DNA of 40,814 bases. Origin: Moniliella sp. 'wahieum' (Eukaryota). The stretch is from positions 682,001 to 722,814 of the forward strand of contig RSEE01000029.1 in assembly GCA_003971905.1 (NCBI GenBank), given 5' to 3'. The translations under genes were made by a program, and so were the position numbers. Positions 22,326 through 34,045 of the stretch are shown here, piece by piece (position 1 is the first letter of the stretch; each line of letters starts with the position of its first letter). Below the pieces are notes generated by a model. The model did no database searches and was not told where the DNA came from. It saw nothing but the letters and a program-made list of their open reading frames with translations.

Positions 22326-22953
22326 CCAGGCTTTTCATGCAGCACCTCGTGCTGAACGATGCTTGTGCGCACGAGTCTTGGCCATCGGTAACATTGCTTG
22401 CCGCTTCTATCCGATATCGAACCTCCCGGCCTCCCACTCTGATGGTGTGGGTACTATTCTCCAAATGCACTTTCTCCTCTGTCGCGCTTCACACTGCAGT
22501 CGTCTGGCTCGCATCGCTGGCCAGATCAACCAATCAATATCCAATTACATGATCATGGCGTACTAGTTGACCACACTGTAACATAGTCACTGAGTGCTTC
22601 TCCCTTCCGTACCACGCTGGGACAAAGGCTGGACTTGACCCCCTTTTCTTCGTGGCCTAGCCATCCGGGGCCCATACACACCCACCCCGTCGTAGCTTCG
22701 ATGCTGTGCTGCTTCAGTATCGTGGACCTGTCTTCCTCGTTTTGCAGCGGCCCTTCTCGGCATTCCGTGTGTTACCGCCGTCCAGGTTACGTGCTCGGTA
22801 CCAAACTCCTAAATGTTGTTAGCGTGGCCAGCGTTGCGTCCATCATCGCCTAGACGAGGAAAAGAGGCTAGGCACCCAAGGGGACCGGTCACAAGGAGGG
22901 GTCGCAATGCAGCTAATATACAAACACGAGAATATAGAGAACTTTCGCACGAG

Positions 22954-23388
22954 TTACTTGGGCATCACCCCCGCGTCCTTTAGGGCCTTGCGCAGCTCGC
23001 CGACTGGTACTGGTACGATGTCAATTGAGCCCGAGATACGGGAGGGGGAGTAAGCCACTGATAGGTTGACCGTAGTAGAAACAACAGCAAAAAACCCCCT
23101 TGAACCCGTTGTGAAAAGGACGAAGAGGAAACACGGCGCGGAGGACCGCCAGAGTACGCAATACCGAGTAGTGAGTGGGCCTCGTGAGCATTTGAGGAGC
23201 AGGGGTGCAGGTGGACCGACCATACAAGCGGGTACGAAATGATGAACAAGGTTGCACACCGCAAAGTAAAACACACCAGAAAGAGAAATCAGTGCCTCGA
23301 TCTGGAACGCTGGGAGGGGTAACTGCATCGACTCATGACAAGTGGAGCAAAAGGAAAATGCGACAAGAACGCCAACAGTACCAGACAC
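22954..23388 (-). CDS. Possible small hypothetical protein, structure unresolved
   Basis: 144-aa ORF whose end (IDIVPVPVGELRKALKDAGVMPK*) looks protein-like and is followed by an AT-rich tract; GTGCGT donor-like site near 23392. No family recognised. Confidence 0.2.
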   Translation of the reverse strand: MSGTVGVLVAFSFCSTCHESMQLPLPAFQIEALISLSGVFYFAVCNLVHHFVPACMVGPPAPLLLKCSRGPLTTRYCVLWRSSAPCFLFVLFTTGSRGFFAVVSTTVNLSVAYSPSRISGSIDIVPVPVGELRKALKDAGVMPK

Positions 23389-24048
23389 GCACTCAAGAGC
23401 ACCCCCCCCCCCTGGTCATGACGACACGACACGACACACGCAGACACTACACCTCTCCACCCATATATTAGATTGCCAATAAACGCGTTTGAATACTGGA
23501 AGGAGCTTACTGAAGAGTCTGCTGGGAGATGGTTCATCGTTTAGCGTTCATCGTTCAACGTCCGTCGCTCACTTGTCTGCTACGCTCATTCGTATCCACT
23601 CGCGCTACATCGGTTCGAAACGAATGACGGGAGCCAGGGGGTCCAGACTTCTTGACGACACTGTTGGGTTCCTGATTGGGCTGGCACGAGCTGACCGCAC
23701 CTCCCGGATGAACAAACCTGGTAGAAGCCCCATTTCTTTGTCCAACCCTTCTTACATTCAGTTGCAGACCTCGAACCGGGGCAGAGGAAACACTCCAACT
23801 GGGATGTGGCTTAGACCCCACCAACGCTTTACGGAATACCTAGCAAATCTCTTATACACATGCTCCACGCCTGCTCCACTCCTTTAGGAGCAGACGCAAG
23901 GTCGATGTATGCACTGCTAGCTTCATGCGTCGATTAGAAAGACGAGGACTAGGCCTACCAGTGCATTCAAGCGCTAGGCGTTCCCCGCGCCAAGGTTTTT
24001 TGGTATTGGCAGCGCCAGCGACGCCGAGGGACTCGGTTCCGCGCAACC

Positions 24049-24666
24049 TTAATGTCGCAGAAGATCCAGGAGAAGTTGGCCGTCTGGTACGAGGCAAGCT
24101 CCTCCGGCTTGAACCAGAGGCTAATCTCCTTTTCGGCGCTCTCGTTCGAGTCCGAGGCGTGGATGAGGTTGCGGCCGACCGAGATGGCGTACTTGCCACG
24201 GATGCTGCCGGGCTGGTCGGCAGCCACGAGCGGGTTGGTGGCACCCACCATCTTGCGGCCCTGCTTGACAATGTCGGTGCCTGCCAGACCATGGCGAAAC
24301 GGGGGTGCCGCAGGTGATGTACTCGACGAGCGAGGGGAAGAAGGGCTTGGAGGCGAGGTCGGCGTAGTGCCTGCCAGCGGAAGAAGAGGAGGAGAGGAGG
24401 GAGGGAGTCAGCTCGTGCCGGACGCGCAAGAAAGAAAGAAAGAAAAACAAAAGAAAGAGAGAGAGCGAGAGGGTAGGAGGGACACGTACTGCTTGGCCAG
24501 CTCCTGGCTGGGCACGACCATCTTGAGGCCAGCCAGCTGGTAGCCACGCTTCTCGAACGTGGCGATGACCTCGCCGATGAGCTGACGGGCCGTGCCGTCA
24601 GGCTTGATCATGATGTAGCTGCGCTCGGTGGGCGTGGGGGACACCAGCAATGGACTGGGACGACAT
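24049..24666 (-). CDS. NDK1: Nucleoside diphosphate kinase
   Basis: [74 protein letters not shown] (catalytic His); EISLWF. Intron 24371-24489 (GTACGT...CTGAC...CAG). Stop inferred at 24049-24051 assuming one missing base. Confidence 0.96.
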
Positions 24667-25269
24667 GGCGGATACAGAAGTAGGGAAGGAGGAGGCGGAG
24701 GTGGAGAGGCGGAGAGGCAGAGACAGGTGCGTGTTTTATACGCGGCGAGGACCGCAGGAAGAATTTTGGCCGCAGAACGGGGGCGGGCGGGGGCGCCGTG
24801 GGGCGGCACGCGGCGATCAGAAGCTTGCGACCGCGGGGGGGCACTGGCCCCGTGCCGCCGGGGGGTCCTGCCATCCGTCCGCTGTCACGCGTCACACGCT
24901 CGGGCACAGGAACACTGCTGGGGTGCCGCATAACTGCTACCGCTAGCCGCAGGCCGCTAACCGCCTCCGCCAGCCGACGGGGCCTGCAGGGTTAAGCTTT
25001 AAGCGCAGCCGAGCGGAATGGGGCTGGTGGTTACGTCAGCCGGCGGAATGCCTCGGCGCGGGGGCAATGGCCGCCGCAGGCAAGCGGCCAGAGTAGCGAG
25101 AGCAGCCCAGCAGCACCGCTTGCTAGACACCGCCCCTAGGGGCGCGGCCCCTTGCCGCCGCCGCCACCACCCTCGCCATCGCCACGCCCACCGCCTCCGC
25201 TGCCACCACCGCCACCCACGCCCGCACCGGCGTTGGCTGCCCCACCCGCCACCCTCGCCACCACCCGGC

Positions 25270-28200
25270 ATGGCTGCGCTTGCGCCACCGCCACCGCCGC
25301 CCGTCCATCCGCCCTCCTCTTCCTCTGCACCCCCCGGCGACTTGCGCCCCTACGACGACCCCGACGACGACCTCGACGGCCTCGACCCCCTTCTTCCCGA
25401 CCGCCCGTGCCTTCGCCACGATCACATCCCGTGCCGTCGCTTCCACAGAGAGCGCAAGTGTGGGCGGTCACATCGATCACATCCAGAACGGCCACGACGA
25501 CAATGGTAAAGAGCGTGATGACCCTGACGCGGCTCAGCCGACGACGTTATCCGGTGCGTTGCGCGCCTCGTACTTCGCGCGTCCCAGCCTACTGACCCTC
25601 TCTCTTTGTGCGCTTATTTGACCAGATGCATCTGCGGGATCAGCGACGACGATGGTTTCACTATCCAGTGCGATCGATGTCTTGTGTGGCAACACTGCGC
25701 CTGCATGGGTATGACATCGCCCTCGATGGTGCCGGACGACTACTTGTGCGAGCGCTGCGATCCCAATCTTGACCGACGTGTCGATGCTGCATATGCGCGC
25801 GCCATACAGACCCGCAAACGCGATCATGAGCGCCGCCGCAGTCAACTGTACCAGGCTGCCATCTCCCAGCAGTCTGCTCGCCAACGCCAACGCCAACGCG
25901 GCTCTCAATCCCATATCCAGTCCAGTCCCAGTCCCAGTCACCAGTCCCAGTCCCAGTCCCCGTCCCGCACCCAGGCACCAAAAGATGGGCCGGGCAAAGG
26001 GCGCCACAGGGACCGCCATCACATCCATCTCTCCCGTCGATGCTTCGCCTCTCGCCATGAGCCCTTCTACCTCTGCTACAGGTCTGGCTCCCGACAAATC
26101 TGCTATGCATACGCCACCCGCTTTCGGTCCTGAGACTCCGGGGTCACGCGCCGCCAATGCGTCCACCTTGCAGCGCCGCGCCCTCGCCGAAAGGACGATG
26201 AGCGCGGCTCCTCTGAGACCCTGCTGTGACTGAGGCTTGGCGGTGTTGAATTCACGCCCTAGCTCGCAATATCCTCGCCGACCCCACCCTCAAGCCACAG
26301 CTGGAATCGGCAATGCTTCCCTTTCAGCGCTGGGCTAGCCCTGGCGCGCCTGGGACCGAACCCCGCTGAGAGCAGTTCCCCACGCGGGGGGCAAATGGAT
26401 CGCTCCTGTTTTTAAACCCGGCCTCACGCTCCGGTTGGCCAACGCGCGCCTGCATCCGCGGCGGACTGTCCAGAGGACCAGGCTCAGCGATTCACGCACA
26501 CCTCTTGTCCCTATTCCCTCGCTTATGGAGGGGGATGTGTGCTGTGGGGAACGAGTGCATACCTGTGGCCATCAGCTCGCCCTCACCACTGGCCAAGTTG
26601 GGGATGCGGATCTATGTGAAACAGATCTCTGGTACTGCATCGGGGCGGTCTTCAAGGATGTGCTCTTCCCCCAAGGGGCCCCAACAGCCCACAGCCCCCC
26701 TGGTCTGCTTCCGCACCTTCAGCCGTCCCGTGATGCATGGCTTATTGCCAACCAGCATATCCCAAGCGGTTGCTTCATTATTGAGATGAAAGGGGTTTTG
26801 AAACGTGCCAGTGCCTACCGCGCCGATCCTAAGAACATGTACCCCAAAATCGGATGCACCAAGTCTCACGTTCACCTGTTCCATCCCCACCGATTTAGCG
26901 ATGGATATGCGCAGCTATGGGAATCCTGCCCGCTTTGCCCGTTTCTCCTGCCACCCAACGCAGTTTGCGCCGATACTCTACCGCCGTACGCCTTCCTCGC
27001 TCTCGAATAGCACTGAGCCAGATTGGGATTGCACCCCCATCGGCCTCCGACCCATTCGCCCATCTACCACAATGGCTTGTCACTGCCTGCCATACACCCC
27101 AGTATCGGACGCGGAAGTCGAACCTGAACTGGTATTTGGATATTGCTCTGACCGATATCAGCAAAACCCACGAGATCACTCTTGGGGGGAGTGGGACGAT
27201 GCCCACGTTGCAATCTTTTCCCAAGTGATTGAAAATCCTCTTTTTCCCGACTCGGCCTTGAACCTCTCGCCGCTCTCTCTGCCCAAGTGGCGGTCCCTTT
27301 GAGTACTGCCGAGCGTGTTGCTGCTCGCACAGCGCTTCTCGCCCGAGGGGACTTCCCTTATGCAGGTACCTCGCTCAGTCGGCGGATGAACGCAGCGAGC
27401 CGCGATTTGCTGTTCGACGCTTGTGTTGCATGGGAATGCTGTGGGGAAAACCAGGCGGTTGGGCTACAGCAGCCAACATGGCTCGGAGGCAAGATTGCGC
27501 CGTGGCTCAGATGTACGTGTCGGCAGGGGATGCCACTTCTTGACGCGGCGCTGCATCTGCCCTGGCACAGCCAAGCTTGGATCCCTTGGCCGATGCGCCT
27601 GAAGTGACACCGGGAAACGATCGAAAACGCCGACCTAAACTACCTGACTTTCGACCTTTGCTCGGCCAGTACCGCGGCTGGTTTGCTAACAAGGGCTGGA
27701 GTCCTCTCCCCATCCCTGCGTCGGACCCAGGTGATCCTGATACGTTGGACCCCTTCTGGATCGGCTTCGCGCGCCGCCTCTCGTTCTCGCTCCCGTATGC
27801 CGTCCCCCACGACGGAGCAAGCGTACGATACTGACCCGCTCTCGGGTCTAAGCGATGTGGACTACGATGGGGTCGCAACCGATCCTACCGCAAATGAGAC
27901 AATCCTGTCCTTGCCTAAGTTGGGGGATGCCCCACCGGTGGAAACGATGGTCATTGGGCCGTCAACGGTGACTGTGTTACCTCTCAAGAAGCGGGTGCAA
28001 GGAACGCGGATCAAAGCCTCCTTGTCTTCCTCGGATTCGGACGCCGATGCAGCTGGGGCAGCAATGCACCAGCAGCATATTGCTACCCGGGAAGCCTCCA
28101 TTGCCGCGGCCTCTACCTTCTCCTCTCACACCCGAGGCAAACGCAAAGCCCGTCACACAGACATGAACTTACCCCGCATGTTTGACTTTGGCGAAGAGGA

Positions 28201-30309
28201 AGAGGAGGAAGCACAGAAGAGCCGGTCCAAACGGCGCCCGACCGGCCGTTCGCGCGCCTTTGCTGACACGGACGGGGAGGAGGAGGAGGAGGAGGAGGAG
28301 GAGGAGAGAGGAGCGGAAAGCAGCTCGGGGGAGAGCGCTGCCTCCCCGTCGCGGCTCCGGGCAGAGAACACGCCCCGCCTACCAATCGGACGACGATCGG
28401 CGCAAACCCCGGGGCCACGACCCGGCGCCGACTGCGTCCCAGGCTCGTAAGTCCTCGGCAGCGATACGGGTGCGGCGGATGCTTCAAAAGTTGGCTGGGA
28501 GTGACGAAGACTCCAATTCTTCTCGGGCGGAGGAGAGGGGGATCGGTTCCCTCTCGGTACCTCGGACGAGCACAAGGCTGAGTCCGGCCCCCCTCGTTCC
28601 TTGGCCCGGAGGAGGAAGAAGGAACTTACACAAGAGGAGATTGAGGAGCGGAGGGAAAGGGAACGCGCACGAGACCGTAAGCGCAAACGGGAGGCGCGCG
28701 AACGGGCGCGTGCGGCCAAGTTGCAAGCCCAGGAACAAGGAGGTCAGGAAGGCAAGAAACCAGCCAAGTCACCAACCTCTCCCTCTTTAGCCTCTGCCTC
28801 GGCGGGAAAGCAGGGGGGGAAGAAGCCCTCGGAGCAGGGAGAGGCCGCGTCCCCTATGCGGACCAGTCACAAACGGTCTCGCGACTCTATCTCGCTTCAT
28901 GTACCTAAGAAGCGACGTGTCGTCGACTTTTCGGATGAGGACGAAGACGAGCCAAAGGGACCTGAGACCTCGCGTGTCGCAGTCGGTCCTGGCCCTGGCC
29001 CTGGCCCTGGCCCCGATCCCGGCCCTCCGCCCCTCCCACCCCACCCCGTTTCGGCCCCACCTGTGGATCAGGACCGGCCCCTTGGGGCGCCTGGAATGGA
29101 CGCAGTACCTCATGCACCCGCACCCGCACCACCCGTTGCCGATCCTGCTGCTGCTCCTGGGCCTGGTTCTGTTCCCGCTCCCACTCCCGCACCCGCTCCT
29201 GCTGCTGCTGCGCCGCCGCTTCTGTTTCTACACCTGCCTCGGCTTCTGTCTCGGCGCTCGATTCAGAGCCGCAACGGACCAAGCTCTCCTTAACCGCGTA
29301 CCGGCAACGTATGGCGCAGAAGCGTCAAGCGACGACAGATGGCCCAGCGGAAGGGGACGCACCTCACCGTACTGTGTCCGAGTCTGAACCCATGCCGGGG
29401 ACCAATGTGGATACGGCAGCTGCATCGACCGTGATGGCTTCGCTCGGGTCGGATCCTAGTTCCCCCGTTCCCAAGTCTCAAGTAGCACCGCCAAGTACCA
29501 GTCCCGAGCACGATCAGGAAGAAGGGGCGATTTCGGCTACGCCGCCCAAGAAGAAAACTCCGCTCAACTCGTTGCCTTCATTTACGATGCGCCGTCCGCC
29601 GTCGCCTTCCCTTCCGCCTGTGGCTCCGGCGCAGGAGGCGCGAGGGGGACTGCCAGTTCCTGCTTCCCCGGCCGTGCCATCCCGTTCTTCGCCGCTCTCT
29701 TTCCGTGCTTTGCCACCACGCCCACATGGCGCGTTCCCTCCAGCTAAGACGAGTCGGTCGCCATCATTGGGTTCTGCGGTGCTGTCAGAGCGCCGGCCTA
29801 GTATCTCGCCCACACTTGGCTCTGCGCCGCCCCCTGAAGCACCCTTTGGTCCCCGGCCAATGCGCCAAGGCAATGGCGCCTTTGATGCGCCCAAGGGTCC
29901 ACGCGCGTTGATGGGTGCGCCCTCCAACCCCCGGGACCGCCGCCTTCCCCCCCACCGCGTATGCTCCCCCTGGTCCTCGACGGGACGAAATGGGCTCCAG
30001 GGGGGAACGGCCAACAGGTTTGGCGGCTGCCGCCGAAACGCGTCGACTGCAGCGGGACCGCAACCCGCATTTCCCCCCCACCCGGCCGCCCACGCAGGCC
30101 TGCCCCCTTATCTACCTGGCCCGCCCCCTGGCCCGCCCTACTACCCTCCGCCCTGGGCTGCCAATGCACCGCGGCGCGACCCTCGCGACATGGGCGAACG
30201 GGACCCGGTGGGCTATCCTCCTCGTCCCGGTCGTCCTTGGGGCGCTCGCGCACGCGTGCGCGGCGGCCTTCCGCCGCCAGGACCACCGCGCCGGCCTAGT
30301 CGGTGGTAG
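25270..30309 (+). CDS. Set3/Set4-like PHD finger and SET domain chromatin protein
   Basis: [34 protein letters not shown]...YLCERC (intron 25554-25625). SET-like region ~26730-27210: [16 protein letters not shown]...[20 protein letters not shown]...[15 protein letters not shown]. Long acidic/basic/Pro-rich C-terminus; many frameshifts. Confidence 0.88.
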
Positions 30310-30799
30310 CTGTGTGAACCCATTGGGCTTGTCTGTGTTGTGCCATTGGGCGTCCTGCCCGTATCCTTATCTCATCCGCATCCCCACTTACCCATCCCAT
30401 CCTTCATCTTCCTATCCTCCCATCGTCCCATCCTAACCCCCGCTGTAAGAAGATGAAGGTGAAGGTAAGAAGGGGGTAAGGTTCCGTGGCCGAGGGCCAC
30501 CTCGGCTGCACCCTCTTGTACACCACTCTGTTTTTCCCGCCTGGTTTCGTGCCTCATCTTTTCCCTATCCTCGAAGAAATGTGGGGCCGCGCCTGTGATG
30601 TCGGCCTGCCTCCTGTTGTGTACGAATTGTATTCCATCGCTCCTGACGAAGATGCCACAGGGCGTGCGGGGGGGACGGGGCGGGGGAGAAGTACTACTTT
30701 AATTACCAGTGAGAGCGGCCGAGATTCAGTTGGACTGAAGAAGCAGGACTCAAGAGAGGACATGATACTGTAGTATCAGTGGGACGGGCATCGTGCTTC

Positions 30800-30825
30800 G
30801 TCTCATGGATCTCATGGATCTCATG
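30800..30825 (+). repeat. (ATCTCATGG) 9-bp tandem repeat, about 2.7 copies
   Basis: tctcatgg atctcatgg atctcatg read directly. Confidence 0.85.
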
Positions 30826-30969
30826 TACGCTAACTGCCACATTACTCTCTCGCCTCTCGCGTATCGAGTATCGTATATCAACTGAGAACATTAAAGGACT
30901 GTGTGGCCTGTGCACTAGTGTTGGGCGTTTTGACGGGTGGTAGGCGAGAGACATATAGGCTGCGTCCAT

Positions 30970-32335
30970 ATTATTATTGGTAGAGCTTAACTGGCTGGGA
31001 CAGGGAGACGCTACACCTAAACCGATCCGTTCATCTTGCGTGTGCTGCTTGGTAGCGCCAACCCCGCTTAAGGAACCAAGGGAATCGCCAGGAGATCAGG
31101 ACCCTCTGGTGCCCGCCATCCGTTCCCATCATGCCGGGAGGGGTAGCACGTGTGGATACGGATGAACGTGGTAGACATCCGAGCGAGAGGAATCTTTTCC
31201 ATTGAGATTCAAGTCAGTAGTCAAATCCTTCCAGTGCCCAGCATCTTGCCCGCTGCCTTGGTGCCGTAGTATCATCGCGTCGTCAAAACCAGGGGGAAAA
31301 CGGCTCTTGAGTGCGTCCTTGGTACTTGGCGTTCTGCTGTTGTCGCATTCTGCTTGCTCCAGCTGCCGAAGCAGCTCCTTCTCCCCCGGCGTTCCAAAGG
31401 CGTCGCGGTGCTCTCGTGCACCACCTCTGCACCTCCTGTGATCCCATGTCGCGCAGCGTGTGGTCCACCTCCATTCCTGATCCTCCGAGTGCACCGGGCC
31501 CCATCACGCGGTAGTCGGTGGGCAGTGCCTTCCTCCCGCGCCTCGACCCATCCTCTTCCACCACAGGAGGTTCGTTGTGGACGTGGGTGTCGGGAATGGC
31601 GCGCACGAGTTGGAGAATGGGCTCCCGCACTGCCTCCGACATGCAACGCACCAAACTTGGCCTGGGTGCGGGTGCAGGCTATGATGTGCTCCAGCGAGGA
31701 CATGACGCCGCACTTGCACATGCTGCGCGTAGAGCGGCACAGCGTGCGGGGCTGGAGAGACCAACCTGAACCTGCTTGTCCGAGAGTCGGAGGCACGGGG
31801 CTGATGGAATGGAGGAGAGCCATTTGTGGCTCAGCGGGTTGCTGTCTTAATCACATGGCGACCATCGGCATCGTCCAGCTTCTGGAGCAGTTCTTGTCGA
31901 CGCTGCTCCCACATCGCCCGGCAGCGTTGGCGTTGCTTTGTAAATGTGTTTACCGATGCCGTTTGCGGTCCCGTTTGCGGTCCCGATCGGTCAACATAAG
32001 TGGTATTAATAAGGAAGTCATTGACGGCTCGTTGGTCGCGGCACGGGCGTGGGGCGCAATATACTACGAGTAAAGCAGGCTGCTATATCCTCCTATCCGG
32101 AGAGGCAGGATCATGAGCATGTCGAAGTGGTCGTCCTTGGCATCTTGGGGGTCCTCGGCGCCCGGACCCGCCTGAACTCCGTACAGAATGAAGGCATCAA
32201 TCTCGGCCAGCACACATCTCGTCCAGCTCATCCTCCATCAGCATGGTGCGGAGCAAGTGGCGCAGCTTGGTTTGAGAGAGTACTGTACCACCATAGTAAG
32301 AGGCGTCCCTTGCGGACCTATACTGTATAGGCTGC
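30970..32335 (-). mobile_element. 5'-truncated, decayed CRE-clade (Cnl1/MoTeR-like) non-LTR retrotransposon
   Basis: Across frames on minus: QTKLRHLLRTML; LPLRIGGYS (LPxxxGGLG thumb motif); IAPHARAA; QRQRCRAMWEQ; KWLSSIPSAPCLRLSD; RTL..CKCGVMSSLEHIIAC (CCHC); VHNEP...TDYRVMG...EVDHTL (restriction-like endonuclease); PLVLT. (AAT)3 at 30970-30978 is a candidate 3' tail. RT core absent; internal stop codons. Confidence 0.85.
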
Positions 32336-34045
32336 TGTAAAAAAAAACGAGGCATTGCATGCGAGCAAAAACGAAACGCGGATCTGTCGCGCACACGCCT
32401 CTCCCTGCAGTCTCCGTCGGAGTTGAGGTTCAACGGTCAACGACCATGATTGTATTGCCACGTTTGGTATCCCCGGAGGGTCGTACACTGCGATGGAGTG
32501 AGTGCAAAACACAAAATGTTGGAAGAGCTTGGGCTACATCTAGTACTCTTTGGAGAGAATTCAAGGAGAAGCTGATGCAATGTACTACTATGTTGGGCAC
32601 AGCACACGATGAGATTGTGGGTACTCTTATAATACTGGTCACTGAGCATCTCCCACTAGTACTACTGGCTGTTGAGTCTCTCTCTCTATCCTTTAGGTGC
32701 TTCCCACAGTGTGCAAATCGGTGCCTCGAGTTGACCGCCAAGCAAGTCCAGATTGATCTCCCCTTTGCACCCGTGTCGCTCCTCTCGCCTGGACGGATAC
32801 CATCGTTGGAGGGAAGCCTACTCTGGCTTTGCACCAACCTGCACATCCGCACACAATCTATATAAAAACCTTGCGGCACTGTACTGTTAGGGGAGCGGAT
32901 GCTCAAGCTTGTGCCCTCCAGCTCCATTCGATATACACATGTATATCAACCTGAAGCGGTTGTGAAGGAAGACACTTAAGGTGACCCGGCGGGGGAACAG
33001 AAAGGCCAGGCGTATACGTGGACTGACTATATGCCGTGTGATGGCAGCAAAAGTGTATTTTTGGATGTGGATTAGTATGCAGGCACCAAGGTGAACATCA
33101 CACCCTGAGAGAGTCAGAAACCACAGGGAGGCCAGAGACAACCTCTTGGAAGGTGTTGCACACATGAGGCAGCCATGACTTTCTAGTTGGAATGCCTGGA
33201 GAAAACGTCGTGTATCGCCTTTTGTGCAGTGTGGACCACAGGCGCGGGTTGCCAAGCTTCAAGCGTCACTGATCCCTCTGTCTTCTGACCATGGGGAAGA
33301 CGCGGGGATCGTGCAACACCAAGCCTGCCAAGACGTTGGATCACCCTGGAACAAATGGCCAGCTGAAAAGAGTCTTGGTTATAGTTGGAGGGGATGTAGT
33401 AGCTCATCGACATCTTGCGCACGTGCCCACACTGGCAGCACATGCTCACTAACCCAGCACAGATGGATTTGATTCGGAAACGAAAAAGCCGCTGGGATGA
33501 GCCACAGGGGATCCTGTGAGGCCTCCCGGCTTGGCCTGCTGGTATGCAAATCTCCTCCTCCTGGGGACGGTGTTAGCGGGGAGAGCAAGTGTGGGCCAAG
33601 CATCTTTCTTCCCCTGGTCGCGGTCCAAGGGTTGGACATTGCAGATGCAGGGATTTGGCAGATCTCAGATATCAGATAAACACATCGATCATTGATCACG
33701 ACTCCTCACGCGTGTCAGGTGGAGCATCCCGGCACCGGGCATCTGGTCTGTGTGTTCTGCGTCTGCCCCTGGACTGCACTCGGCTGCACTGCGCTTCTGT
33801 CCCGTCTGCCCTCAGCATCCGGCCCGAGGACGGGCCAGGCACGGGAGCAGTGCTCTGCCTGCACGCCATCACGTGCATCACACCTGCCGTGCCGCCGGGC
33901 GTCAGTGTCGTTCGCGGAGCGGTGCACGGGCCGCCTGTCTGACGTGCTGCTGCGCCGGACCGCCCTACGCCGGAGCCGCTGGGTTATCTTATTGTGGCCT
34001 GCTGGCCTCGCCGTTCGTTGTGTTCCCACCCACCGTCTTGCTCTC

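Noticed and set aside
23560..23640. Third tRNA gene around GGTTCGAAAC
   Set aside because: No cloverleaf, A-box or T-run terminator can be built around it.
23720..23750. RNase MRP/P CR-V-like motif on minus (AAAGAAATGGGGCTTC)
   Set aside because: No matching CR-I (GAAAGTCCCC-like) partner at a suitable upstream distance.
30432..30441. Telomeric target site for the CRE element (CCTAACCCCC; also TTAGGGG at 32887)
   Set aside because: Single units, each several hundred bp from the inferred element ends; expected by chance.
30762..30779. U2 snRNA branch-recognition sequence (TGTAGTATC)
   Set aside because: Just a short palindrome (TGATACT-GT-AGTATCA); no other U2 features.
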